From positions 2,002,173-2,062,625 of the forward strand of contig BFEA01000016.1 in the NCBI GenBank assembly GCA_003427395.1: a stretch of 60,453 nt of DNA, read 5' to 3'. The notes beneath the pieces were generated by a model that made no database searches, was not told where the DNA came from, and was given only the letters and a program-made list of their open reading frames with translations. Below are positions 47,181 through 60,379 of the stretch, piece by piece. Source of the stretch: Chara braunii. Lineage: Eukaryota > Plantae > Charophyceae. Both the position numbers and the translations under genes were made by a program. The number at the start of each line of letters is the position of its first letter. Positions within the stretch are counted from its first letter, which is position 1.

Positions 47181-49320
47181 NNNNNNNNNNNNNNNNNNNN
47201 NNNNNNNNNNNNNNNNNNNNNNNNNNNNNNNNNNNNNNNNNNNNNNNNNNNNNNNNNNNNNNNNNNNNNNNNNNNNNNNNNNNNNNNNNNNNNNNNNNNN
47301 NNNNNNNNNNNNNNNNNNNNNNNNNNNNNNNNNNNNNNNNNNNNNNNNNNNNNNNNNNNNNNNNNAAAAAAAGGTCCCGGGGGCTTTTTTTTCTTTTTTT
47401 TAATAACAAATTCCCCCACGTGTGAGTGGTGTTGATAAGAGCAGACACCACTAGCACCTGGGGAGAGGCTCCATCTATTGGTGGGGAGTGTCACCTGCTG
47501 GAAACCAGGTCCAGCGTCCCTTATACATACTGAACTTAAGAGTACATTCGAAAACAGTTATGAAGTATTCCTGCCAGCATTGATTACCCTGAGATTCAGG
47601 GGATTGACTGAGCAGGATAGTGGAAGGAGGGGGGGGACCTCTTCACCTTAAATCCGGCGTCAGATGCACAGCTATATCCTAGCTCCTCCCTCCCCTTAAG
47701 ATGTATTGAGTCTGTACCAGCTGGAAACCGGGTCCTGCGTCCCATTGCCTGTTTTCACCTCCCCGAGGGGCACGGGGGGACAGGTTCGTAGGTAGTTACT
47801 CTGGGATTTCAATCAAGGACAGGGGATGGGGCAGGAAGGGGTCCGGGAAATCAGACGGTGGCCTCATCGGGGAGGCGGGCTCAATGTTAGTCCACTCATT
47901 GAAGATGAGATGATAGTCTCTGGGTGGTCCTTGACCTAGTGCGTCAGCCCGATCTCCTCCCCACTCTACCCGTGCTATCCAACCCCCCCCGTGTCCTCCC
48001 AGCCATTCTGTGCAAAAGCCGGTAATCACCCCCTTGACATCTTGACCAGTTTGGAAGAGATCTAATTGAGGTTTGAGTTCGTTCCACCTTCGTTTTAATT
48101 CTAGTTCAATGAGCTCTTTTATCTGCCCTGTCAGCTCAGGGCTGTGACGAACCGATTTCTGTTCCGCGCGATTTTCTGCACGACAACAATGAGGGGTCCT
48201 AAGCTGGGAAGGATGGGCCAATTACGGGAGATCGGGATCGAGGGAGAATTGCATCAGTGTCCTCGCCTTTTTCGTCTTTTTGTCTTTTCTCTTCCGCCGC
48301 TTCTTTCCTGATGGCTGGACTCAGGGCCAGGTAAGTCCCGGGATGATTGATTGAGTGGCTGTCGCGCCGACCAGGCGCGATTAATAAGGGTTGACGCCGC
48401 TTCTTTTCTGTGCTGTTGTCGGATTTTAGGCGCGGAAGACCGCGCGGGAATTTTTGCTTCGTTCTTTTTTAATTTTCTTTTTTCTTGGCGAGCCCCAATG
48501 GCTCTCGGAATTTCGGACTTTTTCGTGTTTCTCGCTCTTTTTTTGCATTAGATAGGAATTTAGGAATTTAGGAATTTAGGATTTTCTTTTGCCGCGCAGC
48601 GCTTTTTGCTTACGCGCTTCTTTGTGCGGCTGCAACGGAACTCTGATTAGTCGGCGCCCTTAATCGTGTGTGTTACTGTAATTTTGGGCGGGCGCCATTG
48701 TAACTGTATCTTTCTTCTTGAACTTCGTCTTTCCCGCTCTCGCTTTCTCTTGCTATGTCTAGCCAGCCCGCGAACTGCATGCTCGGATCGATGAGTGGAG
48801 AGAGGCTACGTCCCCCACGCCACGATCTGGCCATACAGAACGTAGGTGCTCTCTCTCCTATCTCCTTTCTAAGTCCTTGCAATTCCGTGTTCTTCGCGCA
48901 TGCATGCACGCTATAAATTCTGGCTGCGCGATTAGATAACTCTCTTAACCAGCTGTTGGAAGCTCGGGGTAGCGCAATCAGTGAGGATCGGCTCACGAGC
49001 GAAGTAAGAGGTGAGTTGAAGTGGGAGTCGGGCGACCCGACGAGCTGGTGCCGAATGCGAGGGGTTGACTCGGGCCACGACGGACTGTGGGCGAGGGCGA
49101 ACCTGACGGGTGCGGGAGGACTAAGCGGGGTGACGACTTCGTGGGTTGGTGCGTGACGACGGACTGTCCGCGTCGGAAGGAGAGAGAGAGAAAGAGGGAG
49201 CTGAGGTTGCTGGACATGGATTTGCAGTTTTCTTTATCTTTTCCCCCTCCGTGCTTTTGTATATAAGTTTTGATCTCGGCTCATGGCGATTCGCCCGTTT
49301 TTGTTCTCGGCTATATTGCA

Positions 49321-50195
49321 CACCCGGTCACGGCCGGGGCAGAAAACTCGGCCGCGGCCGCGGCCGTCGGCCAAATCGGCCGGGTTCGGCCACGGCCGAC
49401 CAGCCAAGTTTGGTGCAGCTATTTTTTCCCCATATTTTAACGCACAAAAAAAAAATATATATATATATGGGCGTGTAGGGTTTTTTGAACCCTACACGCC
49501 CATATTTTTTTGGGGGGCATTGTTGTTCTCTATTGCGTAAAAAAAAATAAAAAGAACAAAAGAAAATGAAAAAAAAATAAAACGTTTCGAACCCCCGTGC
49601 AAGTGTGTGTGNNNNNNNNNNNNNNNNNNNNNNNNNNNNNNNNNNNNNNNNNNNNNNNNNNNNNNNNNNNNNNNNNNNNNNNNNNNNNNNNNNNNNNNNN
49701 NNNNNNNNNNNNNNNNNNNNNNNNNNNNNNNNNNNNNNNNNNNNNNNNNNNNNNNNNNNNNNNNNNNNNNNNNNNNNNNNNNNNNNNNNNNNNNNNNNNN
49801 NNNNNNNNNNNNNNNNNNNNNNNNNNNNNNNNNNNNNNNNNNNNNNNNNNNNNNNNNNNNNNNNNNNNNNNNNNNNNNNNNNNNNNNNNNNNNNNNNNNN
49901 NNNNNNNNNNNNNNNNNNNNNNNNNNNNNNNNNNNNNNNNNNNNNNNNNNNNNNNNNNNNNNNNNNNNNNNNNNNNNNNNNNNNNNNNNNNNNNNNNNNN
50001 NNNNNNNNNNNNNNNNNNNNNNNNNNNNNNNNNNNNNGGCCCCCCTGACTCGAAACCCACTCCCCGCTCCCAAAACCCCCTCCCCGATCGGCCACGGCCG
50101 TGGCCGAAAGTTCTCGGCCGGAGCGGCCGTGGCCGGGGGGGTCCCGTCCACGGCCGACGGCCGCGGCTACGACTGAACTCGGCCGCGGCCAGGGG
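49321..50195. mobile_element. GC-rich TIR DNA element nested in the solo LTR
   Basis: Imperfect TIR (CACCCGGTCACGGCC vs reverse complement CCCCTGGCCGCGGCC), dense CGGCCG subterminal repeats. TSD not clear. Confidence 0.65.
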
Positions 50196-50912
50196 GAACA
50201 TAGGTTTTCGGAATCTTGGCTTGGTTTTCGCCCACACTCGTTTTGCGATTGATTTCGATTTCGTTTGTTGCGTGTTTTTGTCGAATGAATGGATGAATGA
50301 ATGTCATGTCTATTGCGTGTCTTTTCGCCTAATCCTTGCCTTTGCTTGTCGTTTTGATACCCTCATGAACATAGTAGAAATTTTTGCGTGGTCATCAATA
50401 CTGCTTCCATTGTTGTTTATCCCCTTTTGAACTACTGTTGTTGCTGCCCCTTGCATGCTCGGGAACGATTGCGTACAAAATCCCAGAATGATTAGATGAT
50501 TGGGTAGTTGTTGGATCGAAGACCAGCGAACGCCTTGTGGGAATGCTCGTAAGCACAGTCTGATCTGTGCAGCTTACACGTATCCACGCGCGCCGACTCC
50601 TAACCACCAACGAAATTAACTGCCCCGGGATTGTCTTCTGATTGTATGAATGGATGTCGCACTTCGAGAGATGTTGGAATGATGGATGGATGATTGGATG
50701 TATTCGACGACCATTTTGCATCCGCAACGTAGCAACCATCCCGCCTGATGGCGTGTAAGCGCGATCCCATTCGCGCGGCCTACACGTGCTCACACACTGT
50801 GATCGCAATTATCAAATATCAGGACATGCGTGGAATTTTTGAACGACGGACCCGGACTTTCCCCAACTGGGTAAACACGCACTAGGGAATTTCGCGACCT
50901 CACAATGACAAG

Positions 50913-51419
50913 ATGACGTACTCGAGGGACTCAGACTCATCGTGGGATCCGGAGTATTTCAACCCTTGGGTGAGCGAGTGTCTCAGACGAAGACGCCCGG
51001 AATTCCCCTGCCTAACCGAGAATCGATTGTGCCCTAGGGAGTTTCACTGTGATACGACCAGCGATTCGAGGTGTCCCGATTTTTCCACTTCGGATAACTC
51101 GCACTACTTCATATCCCCCGGCTTCGGCTTCGCCGTTATCGCTACCAACTTCCCTCCCTTCTGCCTCCTTCTCCCGTATCACCAGCTCACAGTTGTCCCG
51201 TGGAATTCCATCGCCAAGTACTGGCCCCGCACGCCCTGCAGAAATTGTCGGCAACGCGGCAACCAACGAACCCCTCAAAGTAGGACGCCTAACCCAAACG
51301 CGCGACGACAGACACCACGTGGCTGCCCCCAAAGGCCCGACTCATCAGTATCCCAGCCATCCCGGGCAGACCTCTCCCCGTACCGCCACCCCCAAAATAG
51401 ACGGAACGGACGACCTTGA
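50913..51419 (+). CDS. LTR-internal ORF, 168 aa, unknown protein with a WPRTxCxxC motif
   Basis: ATG-initiated intact frame downstream of the LTR TATA box. Amino-acid conservation with three other LTR copies. Confidence 0.65.
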   Translation: MTYSRDSDSSWDPEYFNPWVSECLRRRRPEFPCLTENRLCPREFHCDTTSDSRCPDFSTSDNSHYFISPGFGFAVIATNFPPFCLLLPYHQLTVVPWNSIAKYWPRTPCRNCRQRGNQRTPQSRTPNPNARRQTPRGCPQRPDSSVSQPSRADLSPYRHPQNRRNGRP

Positions 51420-52035
51420 ATGCACCACGCATGCTATCTGCCTTATGCTGCATGACATAGAATGCCCGCAGACCGGAAGTAACTCGCCCTTAGCATCTAT
51501 GCCCCTGGAACTTTGCCACAGGAGATCTCAGTTCTGACCTGGGACTCCACCCCCACTTTCCCAAAAATCCTTGGCACACCCCTTTTCGCACTTCCAGGCC
51601 CACATCCCACTCCGATCAGGAAGTCGCGCTGGGCGTGAGGTTAGGGCGTCACAGGGCCCTCCACTCTTACTCTTTCCAGTGCTAAGGTGCAGCGCTGCCA
51701 CCAAAGTGCCCACAGTATTGTCCGTCTGCTCAGTCCGAACATATTGTCTGCAAAGGTGGATGCTTGCTCCAGCATTGGACAATGTCCTGTCAGTATAGCC
51801 TGCCAAGACCATGGCCAGGGTGTTTCTGCTGTCATTTTTCGCCAGATGCTGTCCCACCAACGCCATGTCAGCAGTGCTTCCGGACATTGCATGAATATAT
51901 GTTCGATGGTCTCATTTCACTTTTGTGCAGGGAAGGCCGTGAGGCACCTCTGACACCATGGGAATGCTCTTCATTTTTGTTCCATGTAGGTGTGATCGAT
52001 CAGCCAGACGTTCGTTGGTAGACAGCGGTGGGCAA

Positions 52036-55000
52036 TTTTTTTTTTTTTTTTTTTTTTTATTTATTTATTTATTTTTAAACATCCTTGATGGGGAATAGAG
52101 GGGATGCTGATAAGAGAAGACACCCTCTCTATTCTCCTGCTTGATAGATAGCTCCATTCCATTGGTGGGGAGCTGCACCTGCTGGAAAACGGGTTCAGCG
52201 TCCCTTTACATCATAATTACTTGAAGCAAAAAGGCTCGTGCTGGGAACCGGGCCTCGCGCCCCTTCTGAACAGATATGAGTAGATATGAGACCAACAATA
52301 AAGAAGATAAGAGGGATTTGTCTCCTGTGCCTCTTCACCCTAAACGGGCGCCAGATATGCGTGACCATCTAGCACTTCAAGCTTTCCAATCCTCTTAGAC
52401 TTTCCCCTCTGAGAACCAAGGTCAGCGACCTTTCTGAACTGAAAATTGTGTCTCACAGCCTGAGTCCTATTCCACAGATACTTAACATTTCATCCTACTA
52501 TCTTCAGAATCTGATACGGAACCTAGCCAGAGAGGATAAAGGGGTAGTCCATGATTTCAGACACCATCTTGCGCATACCATGAGATTGAAATCAGTGGCA
52601 TACCCGGGGGGGGGAAGGGATCTGGGAAATTTTAAGGTGGACTCATTGGAATACTGGAATCAATCTTACTCCAGTTATTAAAGGTTAGACGATAATTCCA
52701 TGATTCTTTACCTGACCCATCTTCCTGCCTTCTTTCCCATTCAACCGTTCCCACCTTCTCTCCTTGTTCCCCGCCAAGCCAGTCTTGATTGAATGTTTGA
52801 ATGTGTTGTTTGATATATTTTTCCAAAGAATTTTTTTTTAACTTTTCCTTCACAGTTTCCCATCTAGTTGTGATTTCAACCTGGATTTGCCGTTTGATGG
52901 TGTTTGTATATTCAGGACCATCAAGCCGAGCACCTTCCATCTCATAGGTGCACCTGCGAACCCATAATGCCCAAATCACCGCTCTTCTAGCAATTTTAAA
53001 TAAATTAAGTGTGAAGGTATCCGCCTGTGACGGATTCCAATTTTCAAGTAATAAGGCTCTCCAATTCCATGGCCAAGGGAGGGATGTTCCGATATGGTTC
53101 CAAATGTTATCCCACCAACGCCATAGCCACACCGAGCCTGGGCATTGCAGGAATACGTGTTCTACAGTTTCTGGGATAAGCTTGGAGGGAAAGGCAGATT
53201 TACAAAACTTGCACCAGGGGACTTCTTTTCCTTTCTGCTTTAGTGAAGTTCTATCAATAAGCCTGTCATTAGTGGGTAAACATCTATGAGTTATTTGTCA
53301 TTGAAGGGAAGCAATTTTGGCTGGTTTCGTTTTAGACAACTGAAACCATTTGACTGAGCGTAGTTTTTCCTGCCTACCTTTAGGTGAGTCATCCATCGAT
53401 TTAGAACTCTATCCTTAAGACACACCTTAGGTCTTAACATCCTATGTACAGATTTAACCGATAGAGTGTGAAGCATCCTGGTGTGGGCTGGTCCTGATGG
53501 TTTGTGTGTAGACCAATACAACAGATTGGATCAAGGGAAAAATGCGAGATGAGGGTGTCTGGTTTATAGGCTAGTAGTCTTCCTTCAGCTATAAGCACCC
53601 TGATTCGAAAGAGAGTGTCATTCTTAAACCACCTTGTCTACTGTTGAGATCTTGGTGTGAGGAACCCATCCTCTCCCATCTCAAATAATTTCATCAGAAC
53701 ATCTCCTGGAGTACGGACTTCCACTATGTTCCCTACTATTCTTGGGTGAAACGAAATAGAAACCCAGTCTTTTGTTGCAAGAGAAGATCCCTTTTTAAGT
53801 ATTCTGACCCAATCAAGGGGTATTAGATCAATTATCTTTTCCAGGGCTTCTAGTGGAAAATGACAATACCTTAATCTATCGTGGAGGATCTGTGGACTAA
53901 TCCAGTCTTTGTCGGCAATACTCCATGTATCCTTTATATGAATAATTCATTTTTTTTATCCACCATTTCCAAGGCGAAACTGCGCAATCAAGGGTGTAGC
54001 CTTGAGAATCCATGATCAAGGTGTTGTTAAACAGTGGTTGTTGACATACCTCTTCCCATCTATCTGGTAGCACTTTATCCGGGAGAGGAAACTTCCTCCA
54101 TATTTTAAGTAAGTCGGTCGAGAAGGGGTCTTTTACTAAATCTGCCCTAACTGCTTGGTGACCTGAGGGGTCAAGGATATGGGCCGCTGAGGAAGATTTT
54201 TTGGGAAGTGGCCACGATCTATTTTCCAACCACATGATTGGGTTCACCTCTTCTGAAGTGGGTGAGGCAAGTCTCCTGATTTGTTCACAAGCCAACTTAC
54301 TCCAGGAGGTTTGAGGATTGAAGAGAAGACGCTTGATCCATTGGATTGACAGCACCATAACCTGGGTGGTGGGATCAATGATCCCCAGTCCACCTTTACC
54401 TTTGGGTTGGATTAATGATAACCATGCCACTCTACTAATCACGTTTTCACATTCATGGTTACGATGCCAGAGATGCAAGCGTTCTCCCAAATATAGAAGT
54501 ATGTTTATCCTTCCACAATTCAAATTTGAAAGCGTCTGTTCTATGATTGATGCATTGTTAGTGGTTGACTTACACTGAGCAGAAAGGGAAATCCCCAAGA
54601 CCCTTATTGGAGATTCTAGGGGGATCCATTTTATCCTGGGTCTATCCAGTCGTCTTCCTCCTTGATTGTGGAGCCACCACCCCAATGTTTTGTTTCCCCA
54701 ATTAACTCTCATGTCAGACAGCTTACAAAATTCATCCATCACCCTTTGAATGGCTTCCAGATTTTCTTTAGATGCATCAACCATTAAGGATAGGTCATCT
54801 TCAAATAAATAACAAACCGGTATGGCATCCTCGGGGATAAAAGTGACACTGATTCTCTTGATATCCTTATGTTGGCGGATGTTGACTGCAAGGGCTTCCA
54901 TGATGATTACAAAAAGTAATGGTGTTAAAGGGTCTCCTTGCCTGGCCGATCGTTGTAAGGATATTGGAGGGGCGACATTTCCGTTCAACATCACCTTTGT

Positions 55001-57780
55001 CGTAGCATTCTCATGAAGGATCTTAATCCATCTCCTGAAATTAGGATCGAAATTAAATTTATCTAGACATTTATCCAAAAAAATTCAATTCACATGATCA
55101 TAAGCTTTTTCGAAATTTATAAAAATAAACGCAGCATTATGCTTAGATTGTCTAGATAGTTTAATTAGTTCATTGATTAGCAGGATGTTATCATGAATGT
55201 TCCTTCCTTGGATGAAACCTATTTGGGAGGGATGGATAATGTCAGCAATGAATTTATTCAGGCGGATTGTTAATGTTTCTGAGACCATCTTGTAAACCAC
55301 TGTGAGAAGAGTAATGGGCCGATAGTTGTGAATATTATATTTATCTCTTTTTTTATATAAGAGGGTTAAGATTCCTTGTCCAACAAACTCGCTCATCTGT
55401 TCAGTTTCCCAGAGTTTGTGATAGAAATCCATTAGATCCTGAGAGATAAAGTCCCTTATGGATTCCCAAAATTTCTTAGGAAGCCCATCAACTCCCGGGG
55501 TTTTTTCCTCTTCCATCATTAAAAGAGCAGTCCAAATTTCATCCTTAGTTAAAGGCAGCTCAAGTTGCTCTTTTTGTATCTCTGTAAGGGATTTAGTCAG
55601 AGGTAATAAAAAATCATCAATTTTTTTATTTCTTTGGTCATTGTTGGCATTATGTATGCCAGATGTAAATAATTCTTTGAGGAAATCTCTAGCAATTTTG
55701 GTGCACTCTGCTGTAGAGGAAGCAAGTTGTCCATTTTGATCTTGGGGATGAGCTAGGTCTTCAATGATTGTTCTCCCTCTCCGAGCTCTGGCCATTGCAA
55801 AAAACCTAGCATCCATATCTCCTTCAGTATGTAGACGACGAATCTTCCCTCTAATCCTGGTGCCTTGCCAGCGATATTCCATCAGAGAAAGTAGACGATG
55901 TTCTAGATCTTTGAGTTCTTGAGCCATAGCTTCATTATTTCCAACATTCGGATGATCTTCTTCTAGTGATTAAATTTGTTGGATGCGCTGTAAAATTCTG
56001 GTTTCATTAGAGTGTCTATCGACAGCCAGCAGTTGGGAATATTCATTGCATTTACGGCCTAGATATCTAGACCGTTGTTGAACCATAAAATGTTATCCTG
56101 AATGATACCTTTTTGGCATTGCCAAAAGGTCCAAACATCCTTTAGATGAGATCTGAACCTATCTATTTTGAGAAGAGATATGTTGAGCTTGTAGTATCCT
56201 CTTCCTTGGTCCGTTTTTTTTTAGAAGGAGAGAATGACTACGCACATGGCATGATCAAGCCCTGCTAGAGGGTTCTTAGATAATATTTGTGTTATTTGAA
56301 GAGACCCCTGTAGTTCTTCTGAAAGAAGAATTAAGTCTATACGAGATTTGGTAGTCGCCGCGGAGTGACTCTTCCTAAAGCATGTGAATGTGTGAAGGGT
56401 AGGATTCAGTCTTCTATTGGAATCAAAGAGATTAAAAGATTGGGTAAGATTAGTGATCAACACTTCATCCGCTTCCACATAGGTCGGGCAAGGGTCGGGG
56501 ATGCGCCACCGATCAAGGTTGCGATCCGGGGCAACATTAAAATCTCCAGCAATTATCAACGGGATGCCCACCGGTAGTTTAGGGATGAGGGATTCAAAAA
56601 AGTGTTGACGATTTTGTACTTCATTGTGACCATAAACATAGAGAACAATGACGATCTCTAAATCAAATATTGCCAAGATGTAAGCCCATCTCCCTTCCTG
56701 TTTATCCATCTCCCAATAAACCGGCTCTGCCCTAGACCCTGATGGAATCCATATAGCCACTCCTGCGCTCCCTGGGCGAGGAACATGGGCCCTGAATGAT
56801 GTGTGTGGCCATATCTATTTATGAGAATAGTTATGAAATTCCGTATTCATGAGATGTGTTTCTTGGATACATATAATATCAGGTCATTCTCTCTCATCTA
56901 TTCCTCTTAATTGATCATATATTACCTGTTCCTTTTCAAATTTGGCTGATGCAAGACCATTAACATTTAGTGATCTCAAGTCCAAATCAGCTTGATGTTT
57001 AACCGCTTTCCAAGTTTTGTCCTTATTATACAGGCTATCAATTGCCTGAAATCTGTCCATCATAAGAGCAGCCATACTAAATACAAAAAAATCAAAATCC
57101 ATTGAAAAATTGATTGGAGTTACTGAGAATGGGGGGGGGATTCAGCATTTAGCCAAGGGCCCCGATCCAGCAGACCACTGGGAGATAGACTGCGTTGACC
57201 CAGAAGATGCACCAGGAGTGTAGTGACATCATTTTCTGACCAGAAACCGCTTGCTTTCACTTTCATAAGTTGAAGTTCCTTGAGAAGGTTATGATTGAAC
57301 CATCCAAGCTCGACTTGTTTATACACATCAAGTTTTAGAAACACATCCCATTCTGCTAATCTTTTATCTCCGTTAGTTAGAATAAGGAGGGTTGTACTCC
57401 CTAGAGAGAGATTGTCCATAATACATCTGTTAATTTCATTCTGAACTAGCGGACCTGTTGAGGGCTGCCCATTCTTCGTGATTAGCGGGAAGGAGGTGCC
57501 AAGGACTATAACTTCTTCATAAACCGCATTTTTTGGAATAGACCCTATCTCCCACACACCTTCCTTACACCTGACTCGTAAAAAAACAAACCCAATTTTG
57601 CTGGGGATAAACAATCCTGACCTTTCTCTAGTACATTCCCTTTCATCAGTCGCATGATGGTTCTCACTTAGCTGGGTCTCTTTAAGTTGGGCTCTCCCTT
57701 AGTATCGCATAGACATTGGGACCGTAGCGTTATCTTGGCTTCCTTGCTCCCAGATCTAGCTCCCTCCTCCCCCAGTCAGT
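52036..57780 (-). mobile_element. 5'-truncated decayed LINE, a diverged relative of the 249-11216 element
   Basis: Poly(T) from 52036, tail at 52090-52360, ORF2 (APE 56221-57063, RT 53897-55927, C-terminus 52632-53521), ORF1 C-terminus 57120-57614. Confidence 0.92.
52570..57063 (-). pseudogene. LINE ORF2 (APE, RT, C-terminal zinc-binding region)
   Basis: LRSLNVNGL, AGDFN, SRIDLI, LDHA, NYRPITLL, FEKAYD, RQGDPL, FEDD. Confidence 0.92.
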
Positions 57781-58554
57781 GAGTTGTGTGCATGTTTCCC
57801 TTACCCACTGCCCTCATCGCCCTAGTGTCGGCCCTTGCATTCCTTCAGTTAGGCATATCTCCACCCTATTCCAGGCTCCCCCTTTTTCATGGTCGACCGT
57901 GCATGGTGTCATCCTTTTGTCGAGCATTACCCGCCCTGATGGTCTATCTGTTAGGGTCCTTGGTTTTGTTTCGCTACCACTCTCCCACCTTGAGCCTGAT
58001 GACCTATCCCACCTTCATGTGTGACTGCCTTTAGGAGTTTCGATTCCTAGGCTGCCCCTCTGAGACCATCCCACTCTTAGTGGTTCAGCGACATGACATT
58101 ATTTCGTGCCACATTGCTCTTTTTCCTTTCAGCACTGAGGCAATTGCCTCCAGGACTTTAGGATTGTATATCGCTACATTTCATTTCTGTTGTTAGTTAG
58201 GATATGTATACCAGACATTTGCTTTTCATTTGAAATTATGTAGCTTAGGCTGCATCGCATGGACTCCGCTTGCTCCACATCCTAGATTTCTCAACTTTTT
58301 TTATTGTAGAGTTTTGCTGCTTTCGCGGATAGCGTGTTTATGGCTTTTGCGATCCATTACAAGTTTGAGGATCGTGCAGTGGGCCTTCGTCTGCCCTAGC
58401 CTACAGCCAGGGCCTATTTGGTTATTTGCCAGTTCGGCCTGTGGGACCAGGCCGTGGCCTGACCCCACAGGCCGTGCACTGTTTCAGTCCAGTCTCATCC
58501 TGCCCGGTACCACTGTCGGTACCAGGCCAGTCCAGTCCAGTCAGTCAGTATTCC

Positions 58555-59896
58555 AAGACGATTATAATGATGATGATTGTAAAACAAAGGATTAATCTAT
58601 CAAAAGATCACATAGGTACTATAACAACAATCCTGATTTTTCCAACCCTAAGCAACTCGTCGCCAGCTACGAGACACAACCTCCAAAAGACAATAACATT
58701 CAAGCAAGCATCACCCATAGTTATCATGTTCTCGCCACCTAGACTATTGCCCTACCAACCCCCGCACATCCCTGCAAACCCCCCCGAGTCTTCTTCTTCT
58801 CACGACGAGCCGACCTCCTCCACCACATAGCTCGCAAGATGAAGAACAGTAGTCATATGGTTTGTATGGTCCCACGACGAGTAGTAGGTTGTTCTGGTGG
58901 CTTCCCCGCGTACACCACTGGATTACCTTCCACCCTCGACAATCCCTAGATCTCTCTACAAGGTGTAGTGCTCCTACTACCTGCAGGTTACAGGGCAACG
59001 CCCCAGCATTGGCCAACGTCGTTCTGGCATTGGCATACTAGGAGCACAAAACCAGACAACTCTGCTAACGACAGCCTGAATTTTACCATCTCTTGGAATA
59101 CTGTACCTCATCACAGGAAACCAGAAGTCACCAGGGGTGAAAAGACAGGAAGTTTGATATAGCATTCAGATGATAAGAAAAGGAGAAATCTCCCCACTCC
59201 CTTCCTTCCTCCATTTCCTCAATTCCCCTGTCCCATCATTGCCTCCGCTGAAGAAAAAAGACTAATTGATCCTTCCTCTTATGCTCCAACTAGGTACAGT
59301 CCCACCGCATTTCCTAGTGGCATACAGTTCCCACCCAAAGTATACCACTGTCTATCCCTTACCTTAATCTGCCCCCACTGGGATTTAATGGTCAGCCCCA
59401 TAATAGAGTATTCATCACAATCTGCTCGTGCCCCCTTCAGGATTTCACCACCCTCCTAATGAAACCCCTCCAGAGCTGGGCTCTCCCCGTCCCATACCAA
59501 ATTATCCCACAAGAGAGATTCAGGATGATAGTAGTTTTAGAATTATAGAAAAAGACAACATATTCTTTAGAAATATCAGATGAAAATACGAATGTAGAAA
59601 AGGAGCATTCATGCCACTCAGAGATGAAAAAGGAAATAGTCAAATAGTAATTCATAATACGGTTCTTCATAGAAGGACTTGAGAATAGATATGCGTGAAA
59701 AATTAGAAAACAGATGTATTAATTAGGGATTTTCAGTATTAAAAAATACGGTTTAGGTGATTAATATGTAATCTAAGATCCAAAGCTAAGATGGTTGAGA
59801 ATATAATAAGATGTTTAATTAGGATGTTGATTATAGATGATAGTATTAAGAATGATGATTGTGATGATGCCTATGATAGATTTTTAGATTCTTAGA
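58555..59896 (-). mobile_element. Third member of the (CAT)n-rich family
   Basis: Reverse complement of the family unit at 58945-59030 (AGATCTCTCTACAAG...CAACGTCGTTCTGGCAT) and (GAT)-rich flanks. Confidence 0.55.
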
Positions 59897-60379
59897 CTAG
59901 GTTGTTTCATCGAACGTCCGGGCCCCCTCGGGACGTCCAGGTCGTCCGACCGGACCACCGGGCTGGTGGTCCAGTGCCCGCCAGAGGTCCGGGCACTGCG
60001 GAAAATAGGGGCCTCTGAGGTGGTTTTGGGGGTATAGGAGGCTGGAGGTTGGGGCGGAGGGTCCTGCTGGACCTCGGTCTCCAGAATCCGAGGCCAAAAG
60101 GGCCTCCAAATTCATTGAAACATAAAGGCCCGACCTGGGCCATCGGATGGATCCGATTCACGGCCCAGATCGGGCCGAATTCAAATTTGAATTTTGAATG
60201 TCCACGCGGGGGTACCGCCCGCCCGCGTCCGCCGCCGCATCAAGCCGTGCCCCTGCCCCCCTACAGGTGTCGTCCTCTCGACGACGAGCGCGTGTGCGCG
60301 CTCGCGAGGACGCCTCACTCCACGCCCGACAGCTGAGCCGCCATCCAGAGGTTAGTCTCTCTCTCTCTCCCTCACTGTC

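Larger units (their letters stand above)
48143..51653 (+). mobile_element. Solo gypsy LTR with 4-bp TSD GGGC
   Basis: TGTGACGAACC...GGGCGTCACA. GGGC at 48139-48142 and 51654-51657. Confidence 0.88.
47384..52035 (-). mobile_element. LINE 3' fragment split by a solo LTR
   Basis: ORF2 C-terminus at 51654-52035 and 47796-48142 rejoins in frame (RVRVEGP-ELTGQIK) once the LTR and one GGGC are removed. Tail at 47425-47660. Confidence 0.88.

Noticed and set aside
48194-48206. Twister-like GGGTCCTAAGC
   Set aside because: I could not find the flanking stems or pseudoknot partners.
57780-58550. ORFs and CAGTC repeats
   Set aside because: No recognisable domain, TIR pair or second copy in the window; left unassigned.
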